Shown piece after piece: positions 24,078 through 38,380 of a DNA stretch of 64,000 nt (positions are counted from its first letter, which is position 1; the number at the start of each line of letters is the position of its first letter). A program made the translations under genes and the position numbers. Source of the DNA: Eledone cirrhosa (lineage: Eukaryota); NCBI GenBank assembly GCA_964016885.1, contig OZ024740.1:100192001-100256000 (forward strand). The letters are read 5' to 3'. The notes under the pieces are model-generated. The model was not told the DNA's origin. It saw only the letters and a list, made by a program, of their open reading frames with translations, and did no database searches.

Positions 24078-24410
24078 GGAAGCACATGGCTTAGTGGTTA
24101 GAGCATTGGCATTGCAATCGAAAGATTGTGAGTTCAATTCTCAGACCGGGTGATGTGTTGTTTCCTTGAGCAAGACACTTTATTTCACATTGCTCCAGTT
24201 TACTCAGCTGTAAAAATGAGATGATTAGGGACTGAGGTCCCTATCATCACTGCAAAGTGGTTGTGTAGGTGCCACGGCAAAAAGCACCCAGCACTTACTG
24301 TAAATGAGGTTGGTGTTAGGAAGGGCATCCAGTTGTAGAAATCAAGCCAGAATCAGTTCCCGTCCCACCCTTGCAAGCAGGGAAAAGTGGACGTAAAATG
24401 ATGATCATGA
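24078..24410 (+). mobile_element. SINE family A
   Basis: Near-identical to 342-683. Confidence 0.85.
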
Positions 24411-24599
24411 TATATATATACATACATAAGCTGGTGAAATTCTAGAGTAACAAGACTCACTACTTGGACTTAATAAAATGAATATTTAAACTATACTTCG
24501 GTACTGAGTACTCTTTTCTCTCGGCTATCAAATTTATATGGATATATATTGCCATTGATAGAAACTGACAAGGCTGATCTTTGCAAAGAAAAGTTGTCC

Positions 24600-25000
24600 G
24601 TATAGGTCACAGCTGATTGTCGGTGGAGGTTTTGGTTGGAGGTGATAAATTTGTCAGTTATGCAGTGATTCTCCTCAAAGTGTCCTGCACCTATCTTGAT
24701 AAGATGCTACCATGCTTCTCTGTTTTCTGCACATTTCCTCCAAAACTTAGGGTTGATGTTGGTGCCCTTCATTATCTGTTTGAATTGGTCTTTGTAGCAG
24801 TGTATGGTGTAGCCATGTTTTCTCTTGCTTACACTGAGTTTGATATTGCAGATTTGATGTGGTGGTCTGGATCTACTCCTGTGGTGGATATGACCTGTTC
24901 ATTTGTGGTGATGTTTGATCATGATGGCATTGGTCCATTCAATTACTGTAAGTTTGCTGGCATAAATGATTGAAGCTTTTATAGATGAAATTGTTCCAGT
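24600..25000 (-). mobile_element. RTE-clade LINE 3' fragment
   Basis: Minus-strand CYKDQFKQIMKGTNINPKFWRKCAENREAW*HLIKIGAGHFE matches the typical RTE C-terminal pattern. Confidence 0.6.
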
Positions 25001-25983
25001 TTTGGGATATCTTGGCATTTCAAAATCCACATTTCACCTCTATACAGTAAGACAGAAAAAAACCATGGCTCAATACATCTGCAGCTTAGTTTGTAGTTTC
25101 ATTTTTTTTTAAGACACAATCGAAGTGTTTTCCAAAAGAAATGCACTGTGCTGAAAATCCTGCTTGGATTCTTTTCTTCTCATCTTTCTCAGAGTTACAT
25201 TATTATTATTTGGGATCGATTAGGGTGCTGTATTGACAGTATTGGTAGAGCATCGGACAATATGCTTTGTGGCACAGAGTGACGGCCATTTACGTTCTGT
25301 ATTCAAATTCCACCGAGGTTAACTTTACATTTCCTCCTTATAAAATCAATAAATTAAAGTACCAGTAATGCACTGGTTTCGATTTAATCAGCTTTCCTCT
25401 CCCCAAATATTGTTGGCATTGAGCCTATAGTAGAAATAATTATTTGGAATCGATTAATCAAAGTACCAGTAATGCACTGTGGCTGGTTTAGTCGACTTTC
25501 CCTTCCCACCAAAATTGTTGGCCTTGTACCTAAACCAGAACCCATTATTATTAATATTATCAAAATGTAGAAACCATACCAAAATATGGAAGGTATGAGT
25601 GAAATGTATTTATTTGACATATCTTTTCTCTGATCATAACAACCCATCCAACTCATGCCAGGATGGAAAATTAACATAAACTGATGATGATTTATGGTCG
25701 TCTCTGTGTTTATAAAATCATTGAGGAGTAAAAAGTATATAACATCTAATTATGTTTAATTAATCATAAGATTTTAAGAGCTAGACTAAATCAAAATAAT
25801 AGAGCTTAAACTAATTTCCACATAGATAAAACATGATGACTAAATACATATATATATATAAATAACAATATATATGTGTTTCTGTTCCGGTTTCTGCTGA
25901 AATGTATATAGGAGAACATTTTGCTATATGTTTTGAAGTAATTAATTAATTACGCACAAACACACATATACTGTATATCTATA

Positions 25984-26039
<56 letters not shown>

Positions 26040-26317
26040 CATACATATATATAATGTATGAACACATTACAAACATGATCACATGACATACATTTGGTTT
26101 ATATCTCGGAAGTTGTGAACCGGATGTGCTCGCAAAATGAAGAAAGACAAAAAATTGTTGGAGAATGCTGTAGAATGTAGGAGAAAACAAAAACATTAGA
26201 ATATTTATGTCTTTGCTGTCCATATATATATACATACACACACAAGCACATACACATATGCACACACACAAACATCCACACACATTTTGAATTTCAAATA
26301 TATATATACATATAAAA

Positions 26318-27270
26318 GCAAATCTGCGAATGATCCGTAGCACATGTTGCATTTTTTTTAAAATATACACATTGTACCAACGTCATCCCAGTGGCGTGAA
26401 TAGGATTATCGACAGCTAGAAATAGCAGCCAATTCCTTTCAACTGAGTTAGCTATACAATTAAGGGGCCGTATATATATCCAAAATTAAATTAAGTGTGT
26501 CATGTCCGAGAGACATGCGCCATATTCACTGTAGAATATGCTCAAAGATTCCAATGAATAGATCCGGGCATTTTATATCAACTAGAAATTGATTGACAGA
26601 TATATATATATCTAAAATAAACACATGAAACAATAACAGGGTATAATTTGTAAAGTGTGTAAGCACACACAGCTAGGTAGGTAACTAATTAAAGTTTAAC
26701 TAGAACTTCAAATATAGATACTTTTTAAAATGATTAATCTTCCTTGTATATATTTCATTAAAGAAATATATTTCACCATTAATCGGTAAATCACAGTAGT
26801 CAAATGCTGAATTTTCAACAGCAAATGCAAATCTGCGAATGGTCCGTAACACGTGATGCATTTTTTTAAGCATACACTCACCGTACCAACGTCATCCCAG
26901 TGACGTGAATAGGATTATCGACAGCTAGAAATAGCAGCGGAGTCCTATCAACTGAGTTAGCTCTACAATTAATGGGCCGTATATATATCCAAAATTAAAT
27001 TTAAGGTGTCATGTCCGAGAGACTGAAAATCCGGCATTTGACTACTGTTATTTACCGATTAATAGTGAAATATATTTCTTTAATGAGATATATACAAGGA
27101 AGATTAATCATTTCAAAAGGTATCTATATTTGAAGTTCTAGTTAAACTTTAATTAGTTATCTACCTAGCTGTGTGTGCTTACATACTTTACAAATTATCC
27201 CCTGTGATTGTTTCATGTGTTTATTTTTATATATATATATATATGTGTCAATCAATTTCTAGTTGATATA
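26318..27270. repeat. Direct repeat (26318-26514 / 26826-27023) interleaved with inverted repeat (26575-26817 / 27025-27268)
   Basis: Visible alignments of both pairs with scattered mismatches. Confidence 0.8.
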
Positions 27271-27382
27271 TATAAATGCATACATTTATATAAAATGACC
27301 TGACAGTTGTCTTTTGACCATACTATCCACCTTTCAGACACAAAATTTGGCACTATTAAGGTTGTATTACACTTGAACTACC

Positions 27383-27582
27383 NNNNNNNNNNNNNNNNNN
27401 NNNNNNNNNNNNNNNNNNNNNNNNNNNNNNNNNNNNNNNNNNNNNNNNNNNNNNNNNNNNNNNNNNNNNNNNNNNNNNNNNNNNNNNNNNNNNNNNNNNN
27501 NNNNNNNNNNNNNNNNNNNNNNNNNNNNNNNNNNNNNNNNNNNNNNNNNNNNNNNNNNNNNNNNNNNNNNNNNNNNNNNNNN
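27383..27582. other. Assembly gap (200 N)
   Basis: Run of n. Confidence 1.
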
Positions 27583-27718
27583 AAAAACCACAGACCCTCC
27601 ATCTCAACTCACCTTTTGAAAAGCAGAAGAACTGCGAAACCGGTAAAGGAACCAAATAAATATATATATTTTAAAAAAAAATAAGACTTCAGTTGCATTT
27701 TCGATTTCATCTCTTTTT

Positions 27719-27789
<71 letters not shown>

Positions 27790-29350
27790 TATTAATTCAA
27801 AATATTAACAAAATAGATATTCTTGTGATCAAGTATATTTTATTATACATATTTCAGAGTTAACTTCAACAGTAAGTCCTCATCAGATAAAACAAGATGA
27901 TGCATGACATACCCTGACATAGTAGATGGTTAAGATTCAGTCATGGTAGTGAGTAATATATGACAAAACTCAATATTTATATACCTTAATATTGAAAACA
28001 TGAAAAAAACTACATATAATACATATAATAGAGAGGGTGCATGTGAGAAAGCTTTAAAGAATACATGGTAGCAATATAACTGTTAAAGATTCAAATAATT
28101 TAAATTACTGAAAAAAGAGGAAAGAAAAGAAAGGCATAGAGGAAGAAACAGATGAGGGATAATATAGCTAGTAGGAGCCTAGAAAACAATAGAGAGTTGA
28201 TTACAGAGAGAGAGATAAAGAGGAATAACTTTTATAATGTAATAATATAGGGAGATATTAAATTAGAACAACATTTGGGCTTAGCTTTAGGAAAAAGAAA
28301 AAGAAAAAATTCAATTCATTGAAATTCATTGAAATATCTAAAAATATCTAAAAATATTCATCAATCGGAATTTTAAATATAATTGGGTGTATTCATATGA
28401 AGGTTAATACCAAGTCATTAGACAAGTATCTATATATACAATATATATCCAAACATATCTGGTTGACCGTTAACATTCAAATAATTTAATTTCAGTTAGT
28501 TCAGAGTAATGAATAATATTTTAGGTTATAAAAGTTAATAAATATCTGTATTAATATTAAAGTATACTATCATATTTAATTTATAAAATCAAATTTTATG
28601 AAATCAAATTTAAAGGATTTACAAACACGAGAAAGAAGACATAATGTTTTTACAACCTCACGAAGGTAAACTTCACTAAATTTATTATATAATATTAAAT
28701 TATTTATATTATATTGAAAATAGTTTATATTATATAATTTAGAAAATAATTAGTTATAATTTTTTAAGAATTTTAAGATTAACAATGTGAATGCCTAAAT
28801 GATCAACAGGCCCTATAATTAAACTTAAAAAAAGCTTAATTATTAAACTATATATATGCGTTATCAAAAAAAATACTCAAAGATTATATTGTCCAAAGAC
28901 TTAAGATGATACCTCTCAATTAGACATAACCTAATACAATACAATAAATAAGTTACTGAAAATATTGTTAAAATTAATGCTTTAGATCAATTATAGTAAT
29001 AGGATCATTTAATAGATATATACTATAAATATACAAGTCAAAACTTCATGAGTCCTAAGGATAAGGACTAGATTCAAAATAAAAAGTGAAAAAAGTAAAA
29101 ATAATGAATTGTTTACGATCATAAAAGTGTCGCAATATAAAAATATATAGTTTAAAATGCAAGAGAGTTTTTTTTTTAAATTATATAGTAGACTAACAAC
29201 CCTTCTAAAGTGTCCACGAAGAGATAGAAAGAGGAGCTAAGGATTTGAATGACCTGAAGGTAACCCGAATTTAATTAAAATAAATTAAATTAAATTAAGT
29301 AATAATCGTTATATAATTTAGAACATTAAGGAAATATCTAACAATTATAC

Positions 29351-31370
29351 ATGTATAAACGAAATTCTAAAAATTATAATTCAAACACCTGTACTGTGAA
29401 TACATCGGGGAAAAAAAACAGAACTAAATCAGTTATATGGTTTGCCCCCCCTCCCCCTGCTTCTGTAGCAATAAAAACACCACTCGCTATTCTATTCTTT
29501 AAAGCTTTAGATAATTCCTTCCCTATTCAACATAAATACCGTTCCATATTTAATAGATACACAATTAAGCTTTCTTATTCTACAACTATGAATATGGCCC
29601 AAAACATCGCTAAATCAAATAGTAGATTCTAAAACTAGAATCCGCATACTTATAACAATAATGAATATAATAACACTAACAATTTTGATACTATGAACAA
29701 CATTAACAGCAATATCAATAGAACATTTCGAAGTAATAATAGTGTTAATATAAATTACCATAATAATAAATCGAAATGTAATTGTAGAAATAAACCAGAT
29801 TGCCCTCTGCAAAATAATTGTCTAGAGAGAAATTTGGTGTATAAATGCACCGTAAAAGCAAATAACATCACATACAACTACATAGGGGCAACTTCTTCGA
29901 CATTTAAATCGAGATTTGGGAATCACAAATGCTCTTTTTCGAATCCTAATAGGAAGTCTTCGACTTCTTTATCACAACTTATATGGTCATTAAAAGACAA
30001 AAATTTAAAATACTCGATTTTTTGGACGAAGCTATGTAATAGTAGAATCTACTCGAATTCGTCAATATCACCTAACTGCAACCTCTGTACTATGGGGACC
30101 CTATTAATAATTACTAATTATGAAAACTTGATTTAACAAAAAAAAGTGAATTATTCTCAAACTGCCTTCATAAAGCTTTGTCTATATTCAAAGCATCGCA
30201 ACAAGTCAGGAAGAAACACTAAATAAACAAGTTTTAATTTTTGACGTCTCTTATCAACTGTGTACTAAAACGTTATAACATTATAAAACGTTTAAAATGT
30301 TATTTTCTATTCATTTATGATAGAATTAATGTTAGACTGAAGGATCCTGTTTAGGTATATAAACATATTATTGGTTAACTTGTTCTCTTGATGAATATGC
30401 AGACCTTTGGATTATTTTAGATATATATAATTTAGATTGGGATCCTTATATATTTGTTTTAGTTTTAAATATAGTTGAGTGCTACCAATCTATTGTAAAA
30501 CTCATTCTTTGATTTATTCATGTGTTACGGGAGTTTTGCGTCTGAGTGAGTATGCAGGTCCGTACGTATGTAGGCTGTGTGTATATGTGTACTTCATGTT
30601 TTGGTTGACTTACGTCTCCGAACATTTGTGTATTTACATGTAGGTATGTGTGTGCGCTTGTTATATACGTATTTATTTATTTATATACGTTTATTTAATT
30701 ATTTATTTATTTGTATACACGCACACATATTTATATGTGCGTGGTTTTGTATACCTATGGTAAGTGTTTCCGCGTATGCTTGTGTATGTACGTATTTGTA
30801 TGCGTGTATGTATTTATTTAATTTCTATTACCTCTGTATTGTATTTATTTACTTTATTCTTAACTCTGAAGCGGAGATTCATTCGGTCTCCTAGTTAGAA
30901 TTTTAGTCTACGACTTCTGCTATACCATTTACGTGGTTTTGTCTTTGCGTGCAATTGTTCTCAACGCTCCACATATGACGTATTATCTTCGTTTTTTTCG
31001 TTCATTGCCAGAGAACGTCTCTATGAACCACCTAAGATAACATTAGTCTACGACCTCTTTTTTACCATAAACGTGGTTCTGTCTTTTCGCGTAATTGTAA
31101 TTGTTTTTCACCGGTTCTATTAATGACGTATTATATTCGTTTTTTCCCGTTCTTTGCCTGGGAACATTTCCACGAACCAAAGTATCGTCTTCCTGTCTTC
31201 CTCCGGTTGCAACGGTTTTTGAAATATCCACTTCTGCGTTTACAGATTGACTTTGTTAGTTTCAGAAGATCCCGTTAAAGGTGAAAGCAGCGATTCTTAT
31301 ATATTTGATATATATTTATCCTTATCGAGCCCTCTTTGGATTTTAGTCTTCTAATTTATTATTATTACTA
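29351..31370 (+). mobile_element. 5'-truncated Penelope-like element (RT C-terminus + GIY-YIG + 3' UTR)
   Basis: IWFAPP..., F..HKY..IFNR.TIKLSYS; CNC...CPL...CL..NLVY.C....YIG.T...FK.R..H...F; CNLC; degenerate CAGAAGA..GAAA motif at ~31263 before (TA)n. Confidence 0.8.
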
Positions 31371-31414
31371 TATATATATATATAAAGGTTATATATATAT
31401 ATATATGTATTTTT

Positions 31415-31719
31415 TTATTTTACGTTCGCTTTTCCCTGCTTGCAAGGGTGGGACGGGAACTGATTCTGGCTTGATTTCTACAGCTGGATGCCCATCCTAA
31501 CACCAACCTCATTTACAGTGAGTGCTGGGTGCTTTTTTCCATGGCACTCCACGACCACTTTACAGTGGAATGATAGCGAACCCAGTCCTATCATCTCATT
31601 TCTACAGATGACTAAACTGGAGAAAAATGGAAATAAAGTGTCTTGTTCAAGGAAACAACACATCACCCAGCCTGAGAATTGAACTCACAACCTTTCGATT
31701 GCAAGGCCAATGCTCTAAC
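31415..31719 (-). mobile_element. SINE family A (5' clipped)
   Basis: Reverse complement of 342-683. Confidence 0.8.
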
Positions 31720-31786
<67 letters not shown>

Positions 31787-34315
31787 CTTTTCAATGATCA
31801 ACAAAATAGAGTTATTAATACAAAAATCCATGAAGATCCTTGATATTTGTCTATAGTCTGATATTAAATGGAAAACTCATTTCCAGTATATATAGAAAAA
31901 ACAAATAAATTCAGCATGGCATGCCATTAAAGTTATATTGAAGAAATATGCCTCACATAAAACACTTGAGATTATATAATAAGAGTTTTCAATGCTCATG
32001 TTTTTATTCTAGCTGGATGTAGAGAAATATGGGGGCTAGCTATCTTGAAGCTATGGAAAAAATGTCTACTCAAATAAGGAATCTTATATTCAATTTTGTA
32101 AGATCTACTCCCAAAATAGCTATTTTTAATGAAGTAATTTTAACCATTACTCACTTGTTATAGCTACAAAGTATAAATTGCTAACTGTTCAATTTGAACA
32201 GAAATGAAAACAGTATGATATTTGGCTGTCCCTATGATATAACAATTAAAATCATTCAAAATAACAATAACAAATTCAAAATGAGAAGAAAAAGAACACC
32301 ATAAAATCATTTTATAATCAAATTGCATTATCAAATGAGTCAGTTATACAGATCGGTCACATTCAGTCAATGGAGTAGGGTGTAAAGCTAATTGGTCTTT
32401 TCAAAATAATAATACAAAAGTGAGCCTCATATCGCACCAGAATGTTTCAATAATTGATACAGCAAGTAGGGGAATAACTTCCATAGACTTGGCTAAATAA
32501 TTGCTATTGGAAAAAGGTTGCTGGTTTATCAAAATGTCATGGGAAAATTGATTCATGGTTTATTGAAACTAGAATAATTCCAATCAACAAAAAGAGGTCA
32601 GATAAGAAATATCGTGACTGACCTGCTAAAGATAGATAACTGTTTATCAAAAAATCATAAAGAAGTAATAATGAATTGAATACCACTGTATACAGACATT
32701 AGGTGAAACAAGAAAGCAGAGGAATTAGCAAAAGAGGGAACATAAAGGGAGCTAATAGATATATTACATTTCAATTCTATCTCATTAAGCAAAACCATAA
32801 TTAGTCAAGGATAGGAAAGGTTTGAGGATTAATCAAGAGAGAAGCTCTCAAAATTCAATCTACCTTTAATCTTATTCAGACGTGTTAATGTTTTAAATGT
32901 ATCAGGCACTGAATACATATTAATAAATACTTTGTTGGATTTGAATGTGCTATATATCTTTAAAATATATTCTATCATAAACAGGTTGTATAGAATCATC
33001 TCTCGCTTCTTGTGGAAGCAAACCAAAACTTTTGTGGCACTATTTCTTCTAAGAACTACCAGTTTGAGATGGTCCTTAAAACAATTACTAAAATTTGGGG
33101 TACAACACATTGTCAAGAATCTATTAATCATAAACAAGATCTTCTAATATAGAGATATATTCAACAACAGAAAAGTATTAACTGCTTCATTGCTTCGTTG
33201 TTTATCACCCTTTTCTTATTTTTGCATCTATTGATTCACTTTTCCTTCTCTTTTATTTTTCCTCTCACAGTCTCTATCTTTTTTTTTTCTTACTTAAATA
33301 TTAAAGATATTAGATGGCTTTTCCTGATGACTGTTAGAGTTTACCTGCTGAACACAGATGTTTAAATTGATTAAATATTTAAATAATAAATACACATACC
33401 ATAAGCAGCAGCAACAACCCCATTTAAGCCCTGTTTTCCCTGCTTGCAAAGGTTTGGGGATATATATAATGCTCCAACCCCCAAAAATGTCATTTTCTAA
33501 ACAAATTGTTTGATAAGTCTATAAGTCTAAAGGTTTGTTTTATTAATGGGCTACATGTCTGACAACCATCGTTGTGATTTAACCAGTTACCATATTTCCA
33601 ATATTCAGTTATTTATTTTAGTTTAACCCCAGTTTAGCCCTTAACAAGCATGCGTATGATCAAATATTTGTTGGCATGACATACCTAATTTTGTTTTGTA
33701 TACCAGGAGTACACACAATGTATATTTCCATTTTTAAGACATTATGAGAATAATTTGACTGCTATTTCTAGCAGGTTCTCTGACAACATATAAACACATT
33801 TGTTAGTTTGACATTCAGGGCTACTTGTTCTATAATGTCCCTGCAAGTTTATAATAATACATTGGGTCTAATAAATTACCAACAGAATTATTGGTGCATT
33901 ACACAAGCCTTTGTTTTCAAGTAGAATATCTGGATTAAGCCATTTTAGCAAAACCCAAAGCTCTTCAAGATGTATTCATAGATGGATCTGAATTTAGGAT
34001 AGCAAGCTAACAAAAGCCCTTTTTGTTTATTACGTGCTGTGATGGATCTTTTATTGGTTTCAATAATGAACATTCAGTTGTTTAATGGGGAGAACAGGAG
34101 AGACGAAGGTGGTGGCGATGGGAGTTTGGTTCTTTGTGTTTGGACCAGGTGTATATGTATATGTTTCACAGACACACATGCTCCTCACTTATAAATGACC
34201 ATCCAGTATTCAGTTATTTGAATATATTAAATATGTGTTAGAACTGTTGTCAAAAATACAATTGGTTAATCAAACATATAAAATATACACTGCTCAACAA
34301 AGTAACTTTTATTAT

Positions 34316-35010
34316 GTGGATTGGCAGTATCGGTAGAGGGTCGGACGCCATGCTTTCCAGCATAGTTACGTCCCTTTACGATCTGAGTTCAAATCCCGCC
34401 GAGGTTGACTTTGCCTTTCATCCTTACGGGGTCGATAAAATAAAGTACCAGTAATGCACTGGGTAATTGCTGGCCTTGTGCCTAAAGTAGAAACAATTAT
34501 GTATAAAGGGAGCATAGTTACGTCCCTTTACAGTCTGAGTTCAAATCCCGCCGAGGTTAACTTTGCCTTTCATCCCTACGGGGTCGATAAAATAAAGTAC
34601 CAGTAATGCACTGGGTAATTGCTGGCCTTGTGCCTAAAGTAGAAACAATTATGTATAAAGGGAGCATAGTTACGTCCCTTTACAGTCTGAGTTCAAATCC
34701 CGCCGAGGTTAACTTTGCCTTTCATCCCTACGGGGTCGATAAAATAAAGTACCAGTAATGTACTGGGTAATTGCTGGCCTTGTGCCTAAAGTAGAAACAA
34801 TTATGTATAAATGGGCGGTGAATTGGCAGGATCGGTAGAGAGTCAGACGCCATGCTTTGACGCATAGAGTTACGGCCCTTGCCATTCTGAGTTCAAATCC
34901 CGTCGAGGTTAACTTTACCTTTCATCCTTATGGGGGTCGATAAAATAAAGTACCAGTAATGCACTGGGTAATTGCTGGCCTTGTGCCAAAAAGAAGAAAC
35001 AATTATGTAT
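34316..35010 (+). mobile_element. Tandem array of four SINE-B units
   Basis: Full unit, two near-identical ~151-bp headless units (34511-34810), then another full unit. Confidence 0.85.
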
Positions 35011-36999
35011 AAAAATGACCATATTTTTTAGAATATAGGACGCATCATTATATCAACTGAATGTCCAACTGATTAAATTAATGTGTAAGTTGTTAAGTAT
35101 TCTACAGAACCATACCATTTTAACATAATTCTCAGACAGAATTGAACATTTGAATTACAGGTACAACAATCAACCCAATGGGCTTCCACACTGTTTCATT
35201 CTTCTACTCTCGGGCATTGAATTATCCCCCCTTGCCCTTATTCATTTTTCTGACTTTTCCAAACCTGCTTATTAAATTTTGCTAATCTATTTCCAGTAAA
35301 ATTTTATTTTAAGTGGTAGCATTCCTGTGACTGTTAATTTTTTTTATACTTTAAAAAAACATTATACATGACTAAAAAAAGTACATTACTAGAAATTACA
35401 TTTTTTATCAAATAAATAGGATGTAAACTAAATGAGTAATTCTGTGTTAAAAAATATATCAGCAGAAACAACTCAGAAAAATTAATGATTTTCCAACTCC
35501 CTCACCCACCATTATTTGGGACCGACAGTACCTAATTTCTCTCACCAGGCTTCGGTCAGCATGAGGATATAGTATCTGCCCAAGATGTCATGCAATGAGA
35601 TTAAACTTGGAAGCTCATGATTGTGAAACAAACTTCTTAACCACTCATCCATGCCTACATCTTGATCATATACTGCATGGTTTCACAGCTTGTTAAACAA
35701 TGCTGTTCATAGTAAAATGGCTTTTCTAGAGACACAAAACTTCTGAGATGGTATACACTTTTGACTCTTCTAATCTGATTTTTCTCTCATTTTTGCCAGC
35801 TGCATCAATAAATCCATAGGAAATTGCTATATAAAAGTCATTAATTTACTTATTGTTTACTTCCATGTCTCCAAGCTAACACACGCACACTCACACAACA
35901 CACACATACATATACACATCTATGCATACTTGTGTCTGTGTGTTGGGGGCTGAAACTTCGAAGTTTCTATCAGCCTTTTCCTAGTAATACAAATTCTATA
36001 TTCTACTTGTATGTAATAAGTGTTCATTCAGTTAATGTTTTACTGTTCTTATACCTGATTATCCATAAAATACGTCCATTAATATACATCATATATATAT
36101 AAATACATATATACATATCATATATATACATACACATATATATATATATCATCATCATCAGCATTTTACGTCCGCTTTACCCCCCCCCCCCCCCTCCCGG
36201 CTTGCAAGGGTGGAATGGGTCCTATCAGCACAACATCTCTCCAGTCGTCATGGTCTTTCGTCACCTCCTCCGTGAGCTTCATATATATATATCATCACCT
36301 ATATATAAAGAGAGAGAGAGGGGGGGGGAATAGAAAAGATAGATAGACAAAGAGAGGGAGAGTGTGTGTGAGAGAGAGAAAGAAAAAGGGAGGTTCCCAC
36401 TGATGTGAATTACAATGTAGGACAAAAAATACTCAGTACTGTGATTTAGAGTGAAATAGAATTTATTCAAAGTTGAGTTAATATGCTTGCTATTTCAATC
36501 TAACAAGGACATTTTTACTGTGTACAAAAGAAATAGTAGAAATAGTGTAGCACTTTATTTTTTCACACCAAGGATTCGAATTCAAATTCAAGAACATTAG
36601 ATTTATTTTAAATCATTTAATATATGATGTGATCTTGCATAAACATTTATTACTTAATTACATTGCCAAATAAAGGCACACAACCTCTCTAGTGCTGGTT
36701 TCATTGGACAACATGCTTTGTAACACAGATTTATGGCCCTTTACTGCCTGAGTTCTAATCCCACTGAGGTTAGCTTCGCCTTTCATCCCTATGAGGTCGA
36801 TAAAATAAAGAATCATAAATACACTGGGGTTGAATTAATCGACTTTCCCCTCTCCGAAAATTGCTGGCCTTCAACCTATAGTAGAAATCATTATATAATT
36901 CATTTGGTTAAATACGGGACATTATATACGTATGATGCAGACCCCATCCTATCTGCTAGGTCAGTAGCCCTGCTTACATACTGTTTGGCCTGTGAAGAC

Positions 37000-37194
37000 C
37001 TGTCTAACCCTTGTCACGAGCGAAAATGGACATAACACAAAAACATTTACATATATATATATATTTGTATATATATATATAAATATATACATATATGTAT
37101 ATATATATACAAACATATATATAAAAAAGTATTTGTGTGCGTGGGTAAGATCCTCATCGTATGTCCATTTTCCCTCGTGACAAGGGTTAGACAG
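37000..37194. repeat. Small MITE-like element, ~34 bp TIRs around TA-rich core
   Basis: CTGTCTAACCCTTGTCACGAGCGAAAATGGACATA / TATGTCCATTTTCCCTCGTGACAAGGGTTAGACAG. Confidence 0.65.
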
Positions 37195-37204
37195 TTCTAA
37201 AAGC

Positions 37205-37346
37205 ATGGGCAGAAGTGGTGAGAGTAGAGATCGCTGAAGCTCACGGAGGAGATGACGAAGGACCGTGGCAAGGGGAGAGATGCTGTACTGAATAGGACCC
37301 AGCCCACCTTGCAAGTAGGGAAAGGCGGACGTAAAATGATGATGAT
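37205..37346 (+). mobile_element. RTE LINE extreme 3' end bearing the SINE-A tail
   Basis: Coding remnant (LKLTEEMTKDR) followed by CCCACCTTGCAAGTAGGGAAAGGCGGACGTAAAATGATGAT; related pieces at 36140-36280 (-) and 42450-42700 (+). Confidence 0.6.
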
Positions 37347-38380
37347 ATAGGATAATCCAGAGAGTTACAGAACATGAGCATGGTGGTAAGGTTTTGTCTT
37401 GTGAAATTTGTGGCAAAATATGCCTTTCTCTCGTCGGCATTAAATTCCAAACCAGAGTATACAATAATTAGTCTACAAATTGATTATAGCAGCCAGTACA
37501 GCCTAATCGATACTACATCTGCTTCAAAATTTGTAAATCACATTGGGGATTAAAGAGACATGTTAAAGCACATCAGGCATAGGCACCATAATCTTTGCCA
37601 AAACTTACCAGGGATCTGTGTGGTTGATCTTTTGCTTCCATACCTGGTCTAAAAAGCCACATAAGACACCATGCTGGAAATGATCTTGTGCACTGAGTGG
37701 TCAAGCTCTGTATTGACAGACAACCAGCACACACACACATACACATATACATATATATGCACATATATATATATCATCATCATCATCATCATCGATTAAT
37801 GTCCATCTTCCACGCCAGCATGGGTTTGACAGGTCCTATATTGAGGGAAGTTGTGTCTGGTGACTGTGTCTCACTCATATAGGAGTGTTTTTGGCTGGTT
37901 TTCTATAGTTGGATGCCCTTCCTAACACCATATATGTGTGTGTGTATATCACATATATACACAAATATATATACATACATAGTCTAAGTTCATGTGTGTG
38001 AATTTGATTATAGTGGATATGGCTTGCACAGAACAATATCCACTTTTCCGACAAAACCAGCAACTGATTCATTTTCAGGTTTTCTGCTAGAGTTTCCCTC
38101 TCCTAGTAAACACTTCGATGGCTGTTGACTCTTATGAGTTCTTTTGCTCTTTGACAGGTTCTAAAGGACCTATATAGAAATATGCATATTTGGAAATATG
38201 GAATAATGGTAACATGTTAGATTAAGGCAATGAGGAGTGCTGAAAAGCAACATAGAAGATAAAAATCTGCTATTTTTGTCTGGTGAGAAAATGTTAAAAG
38301 ATTATGTGATAGAAACATATAAGATTATAATATATTGAATTCTAAAAAATATGTAAAAACTGATTGAAAATGTAGTAAAA

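Noticed and set aside
27307-27684. ORFs spanning the N run
   Set aside because: Artefacts of translating through the gap.
34316-35010. CRISPR-like array
   Set aside because: Eukaryotic context; units are tandem SINE copies with no unique spacers and no cas genes.
38040-38175. Minus-strand host exon after TTTCTATATAG acceptor
   Set aside because: All frames stop within ~22 codons and no partner exons could be identified.
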